A stretch of DNA of 64,000 nt, from positions 1 through 64,000 of the forward strand of contig JAKFCT010000029.1 in NCBI GenBank assembly GCA_036676495.1, given 5' to 3'. The DNA comes from Candidatus Sericytochromatia bacterium. Its GTDB lineage: Bacteria > Cyanobacteriota > Sericytochromatia > S15B-MN24 > UBA4093. Of the stretch, positions 16,518 through 26,615 are shown one piece after another (the first letter of the stretch is position 1; every line of letters starts with the position of its first letter). The notes beneath the pieces are model-generated. The model did not search any database. It was not told the DNA's origin and worked only from the letters and a program-made list of their open reading frames with translations. The position numbers and the translations under genes were made by a program.

Positions 16518-17357
16518 TTACCGCAGGAGTCCGAGGACGTTCTGGGTCGACTGGTTGGCCTGGGCGAGCATCGAGGTGCTGGACTGGGTCAGGATCTGGT
16601 TGCGGGTCATGCTCATGACTTCCGCCGCCATGTCCAGGTCGCGGATACGGCTCTCGGCAGCCGAGAGGTTTTCCGCGGAGACGCTCAGGTTCTTGATGGT
16701 GTGGTCGAGACGGTTGATGTACGCACCCAGGTTCGAGCGGCTGTCCGAGACCTTGGCGATCGCGGCATCCAACGAAGCGATGGTGGTGCTGGCCGCCGCG
16801 GCCGAGGCCACACTGGTGCTGTTGAGGCCGGTGCCAAGGTCGATGGCTCCGGTCGAGGCAGCAGTGATCTTCACGTTGATGTACTGGCCGGCGTTCGCGC
16901 CCACCTGGAGAGTGAGGCCAGAGCCCGACACAGTACCACCGTTGAGCAGCTTCTGGGTGTTGAACTCGGTCGTGGTCGCAATCCGGTCGATCTCGGAGCT
17001 GAGCTGAGCCAGCTCGGTTCCGATGGCGGCCCGGTCCGAAGCGGTCAACGTGTCGTTGGCACCCTGAACCGAGAGTTCACGCATCCGCTGGAGGATGGCT
17101 TCCGTCTCGATCAGCGCGCCTTCGGCGGTCTGCAGCATGGAGATGCTGTCCTGGGCGTTGCGGCCGGCCTGGTTGAGGCCGCGCACCTGCGACTGCATCT
17201 TCTCGGCGATGGTCAAACCAGCCGCGTCGTCCGACGCACCATTGATCCGAAGACCCGACGAGAGCCGCTGGAGCGACTTCGAGAGGGCAACGTCGTTCAT
17301 GGTGAGCTGACGGTGAGCGTTGAGAGCACCAACGTTAGTGTTAATCCGAAGTCCCAT
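16518..17357 (-). CDS. fliC: Flagellin, minimal 279-aa type (D0/D1 only)
   Basis: [51 protein letters not shown]. Confidence 0.99.
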   Translation of the reverse strand: MGLRINTNVGALNAHRQLTMNDVALSKSLQRLSSGLRINGASDDAAGLTIAEKMQSQVRGLNQAGRNAQDSISMLQTAEGALIETEAILQRMRELSVQGANDTLTASDRAAIGTELAQLSSEIDRIATTTEFNTQKLLNGGTVSGSGLTLQVGANAGQYINVKITAASTGAIDLGTGLNSTSVASAAAASTTIASLDAAIAKVSDSRSNLGAYINRLDHTIKNLSVSAENLSAAESRIRDLDMAAEVMSMTRNQILTQSSTSMLAQANQSTQNVLGLLR

Positions 17358-17382
17358 GGTAGTTCCTCCTTAGTAAATAAAA

Positions 17383-17400
17383 GAAAACATCCGTGTTTTC
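17383..17400 (-). promoter_or_regulatory. CsrA-type binding hairpin in the fliC leader
   Basis: GAAAACA-CGGA-TGTTTTC, perfect 7-bp stem with GGA in the loop, just upstream of the AAGGAGG RBS. Confidence 0.7.
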
Positions 17401-17482
17401 CGTAAACCTCAGTGAGCCCGCTGTCGACCTCATTGGGCTTTGTCCCGATTTACCAGGACATCCCTGAAAGGGAACACTGATC

Positions 17483-17509
17483 TATTCGACTGCTTGAGCG
17501 CTTACTTTA
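17483..17509 (-). promoter_or_regulatory. Sigma28 promoter of fliC
   Basis: TAAAGTAA-N11-GTCGAATA (TAAA-N15 spacing). Confidence 0.8.
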
Positions 17510-17522
17510 GCCTAAACGAAAA

Positions 17523-19886
17523 TTATTTTCGCGTCTCCGAAACCCTTAGCCGACCCAGTCGATGCCGGATGGCTGCTTGCTTAGGATCCAGGCTCAGTGC
17601 CATCTGGTACATAATCTGAGCGTCCTCGAGGTGATTCATCCCTTCGGCGGCCTCGCCGAGCAAGACGTAAATCTCGGAAGTCTCGGGAGACCTCTCCCGT
17701 GCGTTGAGCAAAAAGCCCATCGCCTCATCATACAGCCCATGCTGAGTGAGTACACGCCCCAGCGCCAGATCGAGTCCTGGAATCACAACCGATCCAAGGG
17801 CCCGCAGTGCCCGTTCCACGTCGGAATAGCGATCGGCCAAAATGAGGTGATTGACACACAACGCCCAGAACTCGCCCTCACGCAGGCTGGCCTCACCGTC
17901 AGGTAGCGGTTCGCCCGCGAGAATGCGGGTAAATCTCAGGAGGCTTGAAGCCCCCTCACGCGTTTGCTGATCTAGCTCGGGGCGCTTCTCGAGATCTTGC
18001 CAGGTGCGCATCGCCTCGTCCTGCCTTCCGAGGCAAAGCTTGATCAGCCCCAGATAGGTCCATCCCGCCGCATGGCCAGCATTGAGTTCCGTCTGCTCAA
18101 TCAAGACACGCTCCGCCTCCGAGAATCGCTTCGCATGTAGCAAGGACGTCCCGTAGGCAAACCCGTGCTCGCGAGGATTAACCTCGTAGGCCTTGTGCCG
18201 TGCAGCAAGAGCTTCCTCATGCCGCCCTAACTGTTGGCAGATTTGCCCCACGTTTCCCCAGGCCTTGGAGTTCCGATCGTTTAGCTCCACGGCCTTGATG
18301 AAATACTGCAGGGCCGCCTGAACCTCGCCGAGTTGAAGATGGACGATGCCCAGATTGGTGAATAGCTCGTCATTCGGATACGTCCACTCCTGCAGGGCCT
18401 GGAGGTAATAGCGCTTGGCGACGGCAGGCTGCCCTAAATGAGCGTACGCCGTTCCCAATGCTTGTGAAGACTTGTACGTAGGAACCGCGGGATCATTTCC
18501 CGCAGCGTAGATGCGCCCATCGTAAGAACGACATTCCTGAAAGTCCTTGATGGCGTCCTGGAAACGACCGGCCTCTAGTAGAAGCAATCCCCTGGTGAAG
18601 AGAATGTCGGCGGAGTCCGGATAGCGGCTCAAGCCCTCTTCGGCAACCTCCAGGCCCTTCTCAAGTTCGCCCGTCAGGCGGTAGAGATCGGCGAGACTGA
18701 AGTACGCCGTCAACCAGTAAGGCGTGGTGGGGGATTCCTGAAGCTCCTCGAGCAAACGAAGGCTGGTTTTGTATGCTTGCTCTGATTCGGCATAGCGGTC
18801 CAGGAGTTTGTAAGTCTGTCCGAGGTTGAAGTGTACGTAGGGGTGTCGGGGCTCCTCTTCCACTTGGCGCAGGAGAATCGCGAGATTTCGCTGGTACTTG
18901 TCACGTTCCACCACGTGCTGGTTGAGGTAGCCACGGTGAATGATGCGGGTAAGGATATTGCGAATAGGAAGCCCCGTTCGCTGTGCCGCCAGCATGGCCT
19001 GTTCGTGGATGATCCCCTCATAGCGGATGTCGGGGCGATTTTGAAAGAGCCTGAAGATCAGCGCCGTCTGACTCTCCTTGCCTTCTTCGCCCAAGAGGTT
19101 CTCGATGACCAGTGCGTAGCCCACATTTTCCATACTGCGCAGGGCTTTTCTCAATTCTTCATGTCCCTCGGCGGGGATCATTTCATCGGCATCCAGCACC
19201 AGGATCCAATCGCCGGTAGCGTGCGCGAGCGATTCATTGCGGGCCGTCGCGAAGTCTCCTTGCCAGGGAAGATGGAATACCTTGGCTCCATAGCTCTCGG
19301 CAATTTCGATGGTCCGATCAGTCGACCCCGTGTCCACCACGATGATCTCGTCGACGAGCTTATGGACGCTGGCGAGGCAGTCACCAATGAACTGCTCCTC
19401 GTTCTTGGCGATCATGCAGAGGCTGAGGGTCGGGTCCTTCTTTTCCAAGAGCGCCATGACCGAGTCAAACTCCGGAGGAAGCTGTGCATCTCCCGCGCGC
19501 AGGCGCTTCTTGGCCTCGATGAGGTTGCTTTTTGCAGTCGCATGTTGGGGCTCGAGTTCCAGCGCCCTTCGGTAGAAGGCTTCCGCGGCTCCCCAGAACT
19601 CGAGCTGGAAGAGGACGCTTCCCATGGCGTTGTAGGCGTCCGCGTCGTAGGGGACTAGCTCAATGCTTCGCTTGATGGCGATGAGGGCTTTATCGAGTTT
19701 ACCTTGCTGTAGAAAGACGGCACCTAGCTTGAGGTAAAGTCCCCCATTGCGATCATCCTGCTCCAAAGCAGAAAAAAGGTGAGTGGCTGCGCGGTCCAGA
19801 TCGCCGGCCGCAAAGGCCTTGACGCCAAGAGCTTCTGACGATATTTGGGGTTGGTGATTGGTGATCTTCGCGATCTTTAGCGCCAT
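17523..19886 (-). CDS. TPR-GT2-TPR glycosyltransferase, probable flagellin O-glycosyltransferase
   Basis: LSLCMIAKNEE, VDTGSTD, DFATARN, LDADE, IHEQ; many TPRs; directly upstream of fliC. Confidence 0.9.
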   Translation of the reverse strand: MALKIAKITNHQPQISSEALGVKAFAAGDLDRAATHLFSALEQDDRNGGLYLKLGAVFLQQGKLDKALIAIKRSIELVPYDADAYNAMGSVLFQLEFWGAAEAFYRRALELEPQHATAKSNLIEAKKRLRAGDAQLPPEFDSVMALLEKKDPTLSLCMIAKNEEQFIGDCLASVHKLVDEIIVVDTGSTDRTIEIAESYGAKVFHLPWQGDFATARNESLAHATGDWILVLDADEMIPAEGHEELRKALRSMENVGYALVIENLLGEEGKESQTALIFRLFQNRPDIRYEGIIHEQAMLAAQRTGLPIRNILTRIIHRGYLNQHVVERDKYQRNLAILLRQVEEEPRHPYVHFNLGQTYKLLDRYAESEQAYKTSLRLLEELQESPTTPYWLTAYFSLADLYRLTGELEKGLEVAEEGLSRYPDSADILFTRGLLLLEAGRFQDAIKDFQECRSYDGRIYAAGNDPAVPTYKSSQALGTAYAHLGQPAVAKRYYLQALQEWTYPNDELFTNLGIVHLQLGEVQAALQYFIKAVELNDRNSKAWGNVGQICQQLGRHEEALAARHKAYEVNPREHGFAYGTSLLHAKRFSEAERVLIEQTELNAGHAAGWTYLGLIKLCLGRQDEAMRTWQDLEKRPELDQQTREGASSLLRFTRILAGEPLPDGEASLREGEFWALCVNHLILADRYSDVERALRALGSVVIPGLDLALGRVLTQHGLYDEAMGFLLNARERSPETSEIYVLLGEAAEGMNHLEDAQIMYQMALSLDPKQAAIRHRLGRLRVSETRK

Positions 19887-19940
19887 GGAAGTTCCTTTCT
19901 GACGGCCTTGAGGTTCGGGCGCTAGGAGGCGCCTACCTGA

Positions 19941-22900
19941 TTACTTCGGCACGGTGTGCGTCGAGTTGAGGCAAGAAGCCCCTTTTTTCGACCTGACGGC
20001 CTGCACCATGTCATGCCACGCCGAGGCGTCCAAGCTCGCAAGCACGGGAATCTCCATGCGCCTCGCGCGCGCCGCCTGTTCACGATCATCTGCGGGCACG
20101 ATGCTGTCCGCGGCGGCATAGAGGCACGCGAGCCCCTCAAGGTCCAGCGCATCCGAGACCAGGAGGATATCCGGAGTCTGCTCGGGATCTCCCCCATCCG
20201 AGGCCAATACCGCCATCAAGGACGCGCCTACTTCCTCGATATCGAGGCTTTGCGTGGGATCTAGCCAAAGGACAAGCGAGACATCGTCCGAGCCTGAAAA
20301 AGCACGGGAGTACGCAATCACGATTTCCTTCCAGTGCTCACCAGACCAGTTCGGGTGATGGAAAAAGGTGACATCCCGGCGTTCCTCCAGTTGAAGCGGC
20401 GCACGCCCCGGACGGAAGGGATCATCCCCTGCGAAGCGAATCGGAGCCCGATCCGCCAGTTCTGAAATTCGCTCGCTCGCCTTCTGGGCGACATGGGCCC
20501 ACTGGAACTTGGAGACAATGCGTTCACGCCCTCTGGCCCCGACGGCCCGCGCCTCATCGGGATTTCCGATAACTTCGAGCATGAGGCGTGCCAAGTCGGC
20601 TCGATCGGGTTCCGCCATCCAGTAACCGATCGAGGGGTCGGGAAGCGAATGCTGTACCAGGGGCACCTCCGTCGCAGCTATCAGATACGCCGATTCCGCA
20701 TCGCAGAAGTCCAGACATGCACCGTATCCCGTCACGATAACCGGAAGGCCAGAAGCCATCGCCTCGGCGATGGGCAAACCAAACCCTTCCCCCCGATAAG
20801 GATGGACCAAGGCATCGCAGGCACGGTATAGGGCGGCGATTTCGAAATCGCTCAAATCCTGGTCGATGAACTCGATCGCCGGAGCCATCGGGTTGGAGGC
20901 AAGTTGCTTGATCTGAGCATCGAGCGACGCCCCCCGGTAGTGACTGTTAGCCCCGTTCGTCTTGATGACCAAACAGACATCATCCGAAGCGGTAAAGGTC
21001 GCAAGATAGGTTTCAAGGAGAATGTCGATGCCTTTTCGGCCAATGGCCCCGCCGAGGAAGAGGAACTTGAAGCGCTTCTCGCTCTTCAAGGGGAAGGTGG
21101 CACCCTCGGGCTGGTAGAGGGCCGTATCGACCCCGAGCGGGACGACGTGAACCTTCTCAGCAGGGATGCCGCTCTTGAGGTAACAATCGCGCAACCAGGA
21201 GGTATACACCCAAATTTCATCCACCTGATCCCGCATGGGGGCGATCCAATCGGCAGGAAGTCCACCAAACTCCCAGGGCTGAATCATGACCCAGGCGCCC
21301 TCCGCGGGTGGATCAAAGCGAGGAGGCCATTGGTGGCGCACATGAACGGCAGCAGGACTGGGCAACGCTCTTCCGATCCGTTGGGCAACAGGTCGGAGCG
21401 ACAGGTGCGGATCAGGGCTAAACTGGTGAGGTTCATAGGGAATGATTTCGAGATCGACCGTACCTGAGGCGATCAGCTCTCGGCAGAGTTCCCGGTTGAC
21501 ATGTGCAAGACTGTGATAGACGAATTGAGATCCCTCCCAGCGTACCGGCACCGCCTTGCTTGGTGGCATGAAACGCCCCTCGGAGTCAAAACATCCCTCC
21601 CAGCGGCGGAAAAAGCGCTGGAGGTTAGGAGTTACATGGGCAAATCGTCCCTCCGAGACTCCTTCATGATGGTAGAGGACGCTCTCGGGGGTGTAGCGAA
21701 CCCGAAAGCCAGCCCGCCGAACCTGGAGGCAGAGATCGATATCTTCCCCGCCATTGAGGAACCCCTCGTCGAATCCGCCCACGAGCGCGAAGAGGTCTCG
21801 CCGTATAAGCATGCACGCTCCGGTGACCATATCGAGATCGCGAACTTGAATCACTTCCGGTGCCTGGGCATCCGCATGACGGAACGGATGGTCTGGTAAG
21901 CCATCGATCCAGCCGATTCCCGCATGCTGGACCTTCCCGGTATCCGGGTAGAGCAACTTGCACCCGACAATTCCGACATTCGGGTCGGAGTCGGCCTCTG
22001 CAATCAAAGCTTCGAGCCATCCAGGCTGGGGGAGGGTGTCGTTGTTAAGGACAATAATGTACTTACCACGTGCGAGCGCCGCACCTTGATTGCAAGCCCG
22101 AGCGAATCCCATGTTCTCTGAATTGCGAATGACCTGAACGTCCCCTTCGAGGCTAGCGAGCAATTCTGCTGTGCCATCTGAAGAGGCGTTATCAACCAAT
22201 ATGACCTCGTAGAGGTCGTCAGGGGTGTTGTTAATCAGAGCCTCAAGGCATTGCTCGGTATACTCGACCTTGTTGTAGAGCGGGATGACGATAGACGCTT
22301 TCCGTTCGAAAGGGGGCGCTGCCTCGACGGAGTCGGCTCCTTTCACCAAGGACAGAATCAGTTGTACGACCCTTTCGGTCGCATGGCCGTCATTCCGGAA
22401 GTTGAGGCGATTCAGCGATTCATCCCGGCTGGCGAGCAATCGACTGCGGTACTCCGCGTCGAAGAGGCAGTTTCGCAAGGCACGCTCGATGCTATCGACG
22501 GTCCCTTTGCAGGTCGCGATAGCCGGAATGCTATCGTACCCTGAGACATCAGGGGTTCCTGGGTTTTGCGTCGTAATCGACAGCGAGGGGCGTCCCACGA
22601 TCAGCGCGACGGTCGCGAACGTCGAATCTAGCGAAACGATGAGGTCAGAAACTGCGAGAAAGGCCTCTTGAGCTACTTGCGGGACGAGGACGGACATCCT
22701 CTCTTCATGCGCAATGGCTTGGTACCACCCCTCGCCGTAATTATCGAGATACTTGGACGAAGGGTGAGGACGCACGACGACCTGAACCTGGTGAGCCATA
22801 CGACGTGCCGCCCGAAGGAAGGATCGGAATCGTTCCTCCACGAGACCGCCATACGGTATCGTCGATTGCTCATGTCCCCAACTTCCCGCGAATCCGATCA

Positions 22901-23591
22901 CCTTTCGCTGAGAGTCCAAGCCAAGTTTGGCACGGAGGGGCTCTGGGGCCGGTAAAGGCTGCCCGTAGAGATCATCCCACTCAGATCGGCCGACCAGTAC
23001 GAACTTCTCTGGTTCGTTCCGGGGGTCAGGGTTGCTCAAGTAAAAATCCCTCCCATGTTCACCGACCGCCGCCACGAGGGAGGCCCGGACCACGTCATCA
23101 AAACTGGGGATGGCGAGTCGCGTGACTTCGATGCCATGGGGCAGATGCAGGGAGGGGATGCCACGTTGCGCTGCAAGTGCGATTAGAAGGCGCATCGACG
23201 GCGTCACGTCCTCGTGGATCACGATCGCCTTGATAGGGGCCTCCTGTTCCAGCCGGGAAAACGCCTCGGAAAGAACAAGCAAGTGTGGTGCGTCGCGGGT
23301 AACGATGTCGTCCAGGGTGACGGCCATTTCCATAGCCAGCGATTGGCCAGAAAAAGCGAACGCATTTTGCTCCCGCAATGCCCGCACCCCCTGTTCCCAG
23401 GCAGTACGAGTGCGCTGCCACTGGGACTGCGCTCGCGGTAGGGACTCCTGCATGTAGGGGGCGAATTCCCGATCGTCGAGAAGCACGACCCGGACCCCAC
23501 CATGCGCCCGAAGGGACTCAACGATTCGCCTATGGGCGGGATGGGCCGTCATCAAGACGATTGGCAACTGTGAAGTCATAATTTTCCTCAT
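19941..23591 (-). CDS. Multidomain glycosyltransferase: N-terminal GT-B-like domain, GT2, GT4, C-terminal extra module (start may be 23579)
   Basis: GT2: SIVIPLYN, VDNASSD, LNND, EDIDLC; GT4: RKGIDIL, YRGEGFGLPIAEAMASG; N-terminal HG and RPHP motifs. Confidence 0.88.
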   Translation of the reverse strand: MRKIMTSQLPIVLMTAHPAHRRIVESLRAHGGVRVVLLDDREFAPYMQESLPRAQSQWQRTRTAWEQGVRALREQNAFAFSGQSLAMEMAVTLDDIVTRDAPHLLVLSEAFSRLEQEAPIKAIVIHEDVTPSMRLLIALAAQRGIPSLHLPHGIEVTRLAIPSFDDVVRASLVAAVGEHGRDFYLSNPDPRNEPEKFVLVGRSEWDDLYGQPLPAPEPLRAKLGLDSQRKVIGFAGSWGHEQSTIPYGGLVEERFRSFLRAARRMAHQVQVVVRPHPSSKYLDNYGEGWYQAIAHEERMSVLVPQVAQEAFLAVSDLIVSLDSTFATVALIVGRPSLSITTQNPGTPDVSGYDSIPAIATCKGTVDSIERALRNCLFDAEYRSRLLASRDESLNRLNFRNDGHATERVVQLILSLVKGADSVEAAPPFERKASIVIPLYNKVEYTEQCLEALINNTPDDLYEVILVDNASSDGTAELLASLEGDVQVIRNSENMGFARACNQGAALARGKYIIVLNNDTLPQPGWLEALIAEADSDPNVGIVGCKLLYPDTGKVQHAGIGWIDGLPDHPFRHADAQAPEVIQVRDLDMVTGACMLIRRDLFALVGGFDEGFLNGGEDIDLCLQVRRAGFRVRYTPESVLYHHEGVSEGRFAHVTPNLQRFFRRWEGCFDSEGRFMPPSKAVPVRWEGSQFVYHSLAHVNRELCRELIASGTVDLEIIPYEPHQFSPDPHLSLRPVAQRIGRALPSPAAVHVRHQWPPRFDPPAEGAWVMIQPWEFGGLPADWIAPMRDQVDEIWVYTSWLRDCYLKSGIPAEKVHVVPLGVDTALYQPEGATFPLKSEKRFKFLFLGGAIGRKGIDILLETYLATFTASDDVCLVIKTNGANSHYRGASLDAQIKQLASNPMAPAIEFIDQDLSDFEIAALYRACDALVHPYRGEGFGLPIAEAMASGLPVIVTGYGACLDFCDAESAYLIAATEVPLVQHSLPDPSIGYWMAEPDRADLARLMLEVIGNPDEARAVGARGRERIVSKFQWAHVAQKASERISELADRAPIRFAGDDPFRPGRAPLQLEERRDVTFFHHPNWSGEHWKEIVIAYSRAFSGSDDVSLVLWLDPTQSLDIEEVGASLMAVLASDGGDPEQTPDILLVSDALDLEGLACLYAAADSIVPADDREQAARARRMEIPVLASLDASAWHDMVQAVRSKKGASCLNSTHTVPK

Positions 23592-23743
23592 TTAGGAGTT
23601 GGAGTCTGTACAGACCATCCGAAACGCGCAGTTACCGCTGGCACTGTTCGTAACTAGGGGGCACTAGCGCGCATTCATAGCCTAGTTCCATCGCGAGCGG
23701 GTAGTTCATCCCTTCGATGCCAAGGCCGCACTTTCCAAAGACC

Positions 23744-24778
23744 CTATCTGAGAGGTCTAAGCGCCGGTATAAATCCCTGATACACACTGTATTCCAATAA
23801 CGGCGCCAATTCGATCCCCCGGCCATCCATCAACGCTTCAGGCAAAAGAGACGGCCACTGCTGAGCCCAACGCCAAGCCAGGTGGTCGAGGATCCGCGCG
23901 CGGTCCTCTTCGGTCAACAAGCTCAGCACATCGATCGGGACGGGTAACAGCGAGCCGATTCGTTGCTCGATCGCCAACAAGAGACGGAGAGCACCAACTG
24001 GCGCCACACGTTCCCTTAGGAGAAGTGAGAACTCCGAAAAAGCAGGCCCCATGACGTGCTGCAGAGCATCCTTCGAAACGCAGGGTAAGGAGCCAAGACG
24101 AGGTCTCAATCGCCATGATTCGGCCAACTCCGGAGGAGTTCGCTCCACGACGAGCAGAACGTGACGCGTGAATCCGATCGGGGCGAACGGCAGGACATAC
24201 TGTTCCACAAATGCCCAGAACTCTTCAGCTCCGGGCTCCTGGAATGACCGCTCGATCTCCCCAATCGCGTCGCCAAGGCTGCTGCCAAGCAGGGAGGCGA
24301 GCCATGGGTTGTCGTCAAAGACTCCGTAGGGGAAAACATGCGTAAGGGTCGCGCCGGCCGCCTGTAGCGTCGCTTCCACGCGTGCCAGCCTTGCGTCGAG
24401 CGCGGAGCCATCCTCAGAAGTGGTTAGGCGAAAAATCACCCGGCCTGTAGGGTTGACAAGCCCAAGCACCCCCCTTATTTCGAGCGAGTCAAGTGACTCC
24501 GCTGGCGACGGCAGGTAAATCGCCGTGTCAACTCCTCCTTCAGGACGATCCCCCTCGGTGAGTAGGCCGGAATGACTCCCTCCACCATCTCTTCCCCACG
24601 CCCCGGCAGGGTAGGTTTCGACTCGGATCACGTCGCCCCCCCGATCAGCTAGCGCATCGGCCAGGCCTGGCGAGTCCGGCGCGCAGACCCAGATGCGATT
24701 AGAAACGAATCTATTCACCAAACCGAATTCCACTCGGCGGCGGATCGAGTCCACGATCTGCGTCATCTCAGCCTTCAC
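23744..24778 (-). CDS. Hypothetical protein, possibly degenerate methyltransferase fold
   Basis: Long ORF with GGGGGG RBS, co-oriented within the pse operon; no clear motif. Confidence 0.6.
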   Translation of the reverse strand: MKAEMTQIVDSIRRRVEFGLVNRFVSNRIWVCAPDSPGLADALADRGGDVIRVETYPAGAWGRDGGGSHSGLLTEGDRPEGGVDTAIYLPSPAESLDSLEIRGVLGLVNPTGRVIFRLTTSEDGSALDARLARVEATLQAAGATLTHVFPYGVFDDNPWLASLLGSSLGDAIGEIERSFQEPGAEEFWAFVEQYVLPFAPIGFTRHVLLVVERTPPELAESWRLRPRLGSLPCVSKDALQHVMGPAFSEFSLLLRERVAPVGALRLLLAIEQRIGSLLPVPIDVLSLLTEEDRARILDHLAWRWAQQWPSLLPEALMDGRGIELAPLLEYSVYQGFIPALRPLR

Positions 24779-24789
24779 GAATCCCCCCC

Positions 24790-25539
24790 TTAGCAGACTT
24801 TCTGCTCAATATGCGCATTGATGGCTTGGACTTCCGGATGGGAGCGAACAAAATCAAGCAGTTCGAGATAGGAGCACAACCGATCCGATAGGCCGAGCGC
24901 CTCGTAGATCGCTCGAACAAGCTGTATATCTTCCGGCGTATCTACCGTCCAGCGAAGCCCCGAGTGATCGTGCTCATCAGTAACCGATTGCAAGATGAAG
25001 AGGTCCGGGCGCTCCGTATGTATAAAATACGTGACATGTTCTCGAGCGGGATTCGACTCAGCCAATCGAGAGGTCCGGGCCAAGGCATCCATATAGAGAG
25101 CCTCCGTATCCAAGCCCCGGGGAAAGGTTCGATCCAAGGTGTTCGAGGAGTAATCGCAGGCAGAGCCACGGGAAACTAGGCCATGGATGACCCGGTCGAT
25201 GATAGCGGGGTCAATCAGCGGGCAATCAGCGGTGATGCGGACCACGATCTCCGCTTCCGCCTCTCGTGACGCGCCAAAGTACCGAGATAAGACATCATGC
25301 TCGCTGCCTCGGTACCAGCGAACTCCTTCACGGTTTGCAAGGTCAACGATGGGCTGGTCCTCAGGGTTGGAGGTGGTTGCGACGACGATGTCGTCAAGTT
25401 CCTGGGCGTACTTCATGCGGCGAAGCTGTTGCTCAAGCATGGGTTTCCCGGAAAGCTCCATGAGCACCTTTCCGGGTAACCGGGAGGAGTTCATTCGCGC
25501 CTGGACAATTGCGACCTTCTTGCCGGCTGCAAACGACAT
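24790..25539 (-). CDS. spsF: SpsF-type cytidylyltransferase (CMP-pseudaminic acid synthetase role)
   Basis: IVQARMNSSRLPGKVL, RGSEHDVLSRY, RITADCPL, REHVT, RWTVDTPED. Confidence 0.9.
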   Translation of the reverse strand: MSFAAGKKVAIVQARMNSSRLPGKVLMELSGKPMLEQQLRRMKYAQELDDIVVATTSNPEDQPIVDLANREGVRWYRGSEHDVLSRYFGASREAEAEIVVRITADCPLIDPAIIDRVIHGLVSRGSACDYSSNTLDRTFPRGLDTEALYMDALARTSRLAESNPAREHVTYFIHTERPDLFILQSVTDEHDHSGLRWTVDTPEDIQLVRAIYEALGLSDRLCSYLELLDFVRSHPEVQAINAHIEQKVC

Positions 25540-25541
25540 AG

Positions 25542-26615
25542 TCAGGTTCCTTTCCTAGCCACGAGCCACATATGCGAGGAAAGCTGATGCTCAACGAGGA
25601 ATTGCTGAAACGCAGCTCCCAATTGGTCCCACGCGTCGATCAGAACATGCTGAAGGAAGGGTTGGGACGTTAGGTCAACCGTCCCATCCAGCGCCTTCTT
25701 GCGCACGAGTTCGGCATCTAGCATTCCGGGAGTCGTTACTTCCAAGACTTCGAAGCCACAGGCCGCAACCATCATGGATAGCGATTCAGGGTGGAAATAA
25801 TTCAAGTGCTCGGGATCTACTGTATCCGACAGTTCTCGTAGCTGAATGACATCGAACCCTCTGGAACTCGGACATGTGAGGACCAAGAGACCGCCAGGTG
25901 CTAGAAGCGAATGGCACTTCTCCACAAACTCCCGCGGTGAAAAGAGGTGCTCAAGGACCTCAAAGCTAGCAATGACATCCACTGTATCTCGACCGAGCTC
26001 CACCTCTTCGATCGGGGAGGCAATGACCTCGAGGCCCCGCTGACGACATGTCGCCGCCAAGTCCGGAGTGGGCTCGACCGCCAGCACGCGATCAAAAAAC
26101 TGCGTTCTCGCCATCTCCTCGCAAAACAACCCGAACCCGGCCCCAACTTCTAGGATCAGGCGCTGGGAGACCTGAAATCTCTCGCAAACTTCCACGATCC
26201 TTTCCACGCGCGGACGAAAGATCTTTTCGCGCCTAGCAGCCTCCGAGGCAGGGAAAAGAACTTGGTTCCAATAAACGTAGTTCTCAGAGGTCTGATAGTA
26301 ATTGGCAAGGATCTCAGGGGTCGGCCGCGGGGACAAGTAGAGGGTGTCGCAGGCGCGACACCGCTGATAGTCGAACGCGTGCTTCGTGAACTCGACAATG
26401 GGGCACTCCGAGCCGCATGCGGGGCACGGTACTATAACAAAGTCAGCCTTTCGCGTGGCCAGGCGTGCTATGTCAGCCGAAAAGAGTTCAGCCTGTTTCT
26501 TCACGAGCGCATCAGGCCGAATCTCGGACTCGCTGAGCGTTTGAACAAGGTTTTGAGGCATAAGCAGAACCTGGCTTTCATGGACGAAATACGGTAGCGG
26601 GAACGGCGGAATCAC
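25542..26615 (-). CDS. Class I SAM methyltransferase with N-terminal Cys Zn-ribbon (start may be 26561)
   Basis: CPACG..CRAC; LEVGAGFG; FEVLEH; EHLNYF. Confidence 0.85.
   Translation of the reverse strand: MIPPFPLPYFVHESQVLLMPQNLVQTLSESEIRPDALVKKQAELFSADIARLATRKADFVIVPCPACGSECPIVEFTKHAFDYQRCRACDTLYLSPRPTPEILANYYQTSENYVYWNQVLFPASEAARREKIFRPRVERIVEVCERFQVSQRLILEVGAGFGLFCEEMARTQFFDRVLAVEPTPDLAATCRQRGLEVIASPIEEVELGRDTVDVIASFEVLEHLFSPREFVEKCHSLLAPGGLLVLTCPSSRGFDVIQLRELSDTVDPEHLNYFHPESLSMMVAACGFEVLEVTTPGMLDAELVRKKALDGTVDLTSQPFLQHVLIDAWDQLGAAFQQFLVEHQLSSHMWLVARKGT

Noticed and set aside
23632-23826. 64-aa ORF in the glycosylation island
   Set aside because: Overlaps the upstream gene, no RBS or recognisable motif
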